A stretch of DNA of 62,874 bases, counting the filler, from Atractiella rhizophila (lineage: Eukaryota): assembly GCA_021432655.1 (NCBI GenBank). It is 17 parts of 17 records of this genome, joined end to end, with 100 filler letters (N's around TTAATTAATTAA, not from the genome) between each part and the next. Parts side by side here need not be neighbours in the genome. Positions count along the whole stretch, not along the records: positions 59,369 to 62,874 come from MU272530.1; 16 more parts are not named here. One strand, written 5' to 3'. The translations under genes were made by a program, and so were the position numbers. The notes below the pieces were generated by a model that was not told the origin of the DNA, searched no databases, and saw only the letters and a program-made list of their open reading frames with translations. Of the stretch, positions 60,203 to 62,874 are shown piece after piece. Position 1 is the stretch's first letter. The number at the start of each line of letters is the position of its first letter.

Positions 60203-62413
60203 TCAGTGTTTCGTTCCTGCAGAATAGGTGGGCGATAAGTTACGGATGGCGTGTTGGTCTTTTTTCGGTTTGTCGATGGTTATTCCATTGCTTTCGAAGC
60301 GTTTCACTTTGCATAAGAGGTGTTCGACATTGGTTGGAGAAGGATCAAACCAAGCTTTGACTTCAGGACAGACACCTTCGTCAGATTGGAGATGCGTAAC
60401 AACAAATGCAAAGAGCTGTCCTATGTCGACGTTTTGATCTAAAGGAAGAATGCGTCGAAGCATTTCTTGGGATCCTGGATTGGTATTGCGGCTAGTAGAA
60501 GATAGGAGGTCGCCTAAATCATTGATTTCCGCTGGCTGACAGAGATGAAAGTCCGCCATATCGTGACAGAGGTGCATGAGGCTGAGACCAGAGCCAAATG
60601 GATGGAGATGAAGAGAGACTATCCACTTTCGCATGGTCTGCCAAGTAGGGAGGCGGTTGGCCTCGCGCGGTCGCTCACTCCAGCGACGACTGGCATCCCA
60701 CGTTTCCTGCACTTGACTTGCGAATCGCTTTTCTCCTCCAATCCAGCTGCTTGGTTGACCGTAGATGGAGGTGTTGGAATATTTTTGCTTCTGATGAAGA
60801 TAAGCGTCTGTTGTCGACCACGCGCTGATAGCATTCATTACATCGTCAACTGATTTAAACGGGTCGGGATGTGAGTTGAAAAATTCGCGAGTTTTGTGAC
60901 CTTGACCTGTTCCACGTAGAAAGAGCAGGTTAAAAAAGAATAAGGACGAGTCGCGTTCAATCGACAATAACCGATGTCGAAATATTCGAGCTTGCGCACT
61001 GTCAGCTCTTTTCGGTTGGTACCAATCAGGATTTTCTAAAATCGCTTTTGTAACGTTTGAAGAGGTAGAAGTCGTATTTCTGCCCATAAACGCATGGATC
61101 AAGTAGGCGTCTACAGAGCGTAAGTCAATAGTAAAAGATGACAGCGCCACGGATGGGAGTCCAAATAAGGAGGTTTTGACATAGTCCTGAGTTCTGCTTT
61201 TTGACGACCTGACTCCAAAAGACTTCGTTGAGGCGCCGCTACAAATTTGTCGGCTGATGCTAGCTAGTTTGGATACAGCATTTAGCACCTCCTCGTTAAG
61301 AAGTCGATGTGCAAGTTGATTGTACTCGGCGTCTTCAGGGTCGTTCTTCTTTCCTAACACTTGAGATTTTGCTTCGCTGGAAGCGAAAAGTAGTGGGCAA
61401 GGGGCGAAGCAGATATTTTGAATAGCTGAGCACCAAAAAATGTCACTGTTCCTCCCAGCCATATTCCAAAACGCAGCGACGAGGCGCCACCGAGGGAGTT
61501 CTCTAGCAAGCCAGCCGTCGAAGTCACACTGTTTGCGTAACGGTTGACCAGTATCGGTACGGTCTTGGGTTTTCAGTGTGGGATACACGAAACCTTGGAG
61601 GAGTGAGTTGACGAACAGAGAAATGAATGTTTGACGAAAACGTGAATCCTTGAACGCCTTGTCACCACGTGGGAGGTTTGCAATGGATTTGAGAGCAATT
61701 GTAGCGTCAATGGGTGCCCTAACGTGACCCATTGCTGCAGGAAAGAGAGAGAAGAGGTCCAATGTTGATGAAACTGAACGACGTTTCCGACCTGGTCCAC
61801 GGCACTGGTCGAGATGGTGAAGAAGTTGACGGCCGTATTCTAGATACTGAGAAAGCGGCCCTTCGGAATATTTTTCGAGCTCTCGTCGAGTCACTAAGAC
61901 AGAAAATACCCAACTGGCAAGCAGAGGGGCCTGAATGGATGCCCAGTGATGAAGTCGACATCGAAAGGATAGTTGAGCATATATTGCAAAACGATATAGA
62001 AGTTGGCCAGTTGATTCCACCTTTTGCGCAGTTTCGATGTGTGCTGCAAGGGTGAAAAGATGAACGGGAGAATGAAATGTGCCAATGGATGCTTCGGTAA
62101 GCGCAATATCCCCTTCTACGATATCCTCCCGGAGCAAGTTGGACAAAGCAGGAATGTTATCAAGTGTCGCAAGTGATCGATCAAACGCGATAAGGTGATC
62201 GAAATCCTTCAGTTTGCTAGTTTTGAATGTCTTTCCGGCAATAAAATATCGTTCAACAATCTGTATTTCTTCTTTAATGGATTCCAATGTGAATTCGTAA
62301 GCAAAGAATGCCGGATTGATGGGATTTTTGACACGAATTGGCGCATTTGGTGCCGGCGTAACAGAGGATTGTGTTTCAGTGTAACTGATTCTAGCTTTCT
62401 TTCGAACGAGGCC
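60203..62413 (-). CDS. Large terminal exon of a hypothetical protein with a C-terminal aGPT-pyrophosphorylase/HhH-like helical domain (tentative)
   Basis: 694-aa ORF extends upstream to a GTAAGT..GCTAAT..AAAG intron. C-terminus has PFGSGLSLMHLCHDMA..NPGSQEMLRRI..NVEHLLCKVKRF. Confidence 0.7.
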   Translation of the reverse strand, partial: GLVRKKARISYTETQSSVTPAPNAPIRVKNPINPAFFAYEFTLESIKEEIQIVERYFIAGKTFKTSKLKDFDHLIAFDRSLATLDNIPALSNLLREDIVEGDIALTEASIGTFHSPVHLFTLAAHIETAQKVESTGQLLYRFAIYAQLSFRCRLHHWASIQAPLLASWVFSVLVTRRELEKYSEGPLSQYLEYGRQLLHHLDQCRGPGRKRRSVSSTLDLFSLFPAAMGHVRAPIDATIALKSIANLPRGDKAFKDSRFRQTFISLFVNSLLQGFVYPTLKTQDRTDTGQPLRKQCDFDGWLARELPRWRLVAAFWNMAGRNSDIFWCSAIQNICFAPCPLLFASSEAKSQVLGKKNDPEDAEYNQLAHRLLNEEVLNAVSKLASISRQICSGASTKSFGVRSSKSRTQDYVKTSLFGLPSVALSSFTIDLRSVDAYLIHAFMGRNTTSTSSNVTKAILENPDWYQPKRADSAQARIFRHRLLSIERDSSLFFFNLLFLRGTGQGHKTREFFNSHPDPFKSVDDVMNAISAWSTTDAYLHQKQKYSNTSIYGQPSSWIGGEKRFASQVQETWDASRRWSERPREANRLPTWQTMRKWIVSLHLHPFGSGLSLMHLCHDMADFHLCQPAEINDLGDLLSSTSRNTNPGSQEMLRRILPLDQNVDIGQLFAFVVTHLQSDEGVCPEVKAWFDPSPTNVEHLLCKVKRFESNGITIDKPKKDQHAIRNLSPTYSAGTKH

Positions 62414-62874
62414 TTTAAAGAAGCAAATTAGCCCTTAGGAGGACGGTATGATTGAATCCTACTTACGGCCATGAGAAAATGATATATCAGTTGAAGGAAC
62501 ATCTTGTTCATCCGCTTTTCTCTGTGCAGCATTTAGCGTTTAGTCCTGTTGAAGATGCAATATGGATACCTTTTTTGGCTGAGCTTTGCAATGTGAGTGG
62601 TTATTAATTTCCAGCTAAGACAGATTTTGTCATCTATCATCAGTTGTGCGTTGGAAGCAAATCGTATACATACCGTGGCAGTTCTAGTCTGTTGGCTATG
62701 TGCTTGAAAGAGTACCTCACGGCAGTATTTCATCTTATCAATACCTGCAATGCCTAGAAATGTTGAACCGACCGTTTTTTATGACGAGTTACGAAAACCA
62801 GTCCCACACTGGCAGACAGGACTTGCGTGACTGTCAATCAACCCGCCATGTGAATTGAGAGACATGCACAGTAT

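Overview
This is not one locus. It is 17 small eukaryotic contigs of about 3.5-3.7 kb, sorted by decreasing length and joined by 16 identical 100-bp linkers (N44-TTAATTAATTAA-N44), so nothing can be inferred across linkers. Short GT-AG introns with CTRAC/CTTAC branch sites, microexons, F-box/LRR paralogues and a FunK1 kinase indicate a fungus, most likely a basidiomycete (inference). Recognisable genes are guanine deaminase, mL44, TMA20/MCT-1, the FluG N-terminal amidohydrolase, an O-methyltransferase, uL6m, COQ8/ABC1, a Jsn1/Puf-like protein, an EthD-like protein and three F-box proteins. There are many TE remnants (Helitron, hAT, Copia, solo LTRs). Contigs 2 and 9 are near-identical reverse complements carrying a frameshifted FunK1 kinase next to stacked palindromic satellites. 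The main leads are: (1) three unrelated LTR or LTR-like segments share a 'repeat-AG | donor-spacer-repeat-AG' layout, suggesting an LTR intron that can survive reverse transcription; (2) a 694+ aa ORF ends in an aGPT-pyrophosphorylase-like (HhH-fold DNA-modification) domain; (3) an EthD-like gene sits between two copies of a duplicated ~550-bp convergent-gene junction; (4) TMA20 and MRPL6 carry unusually long, hairpin-rich introns that may host ncRNAs. All calls come from reading the sequence; no searches were run.
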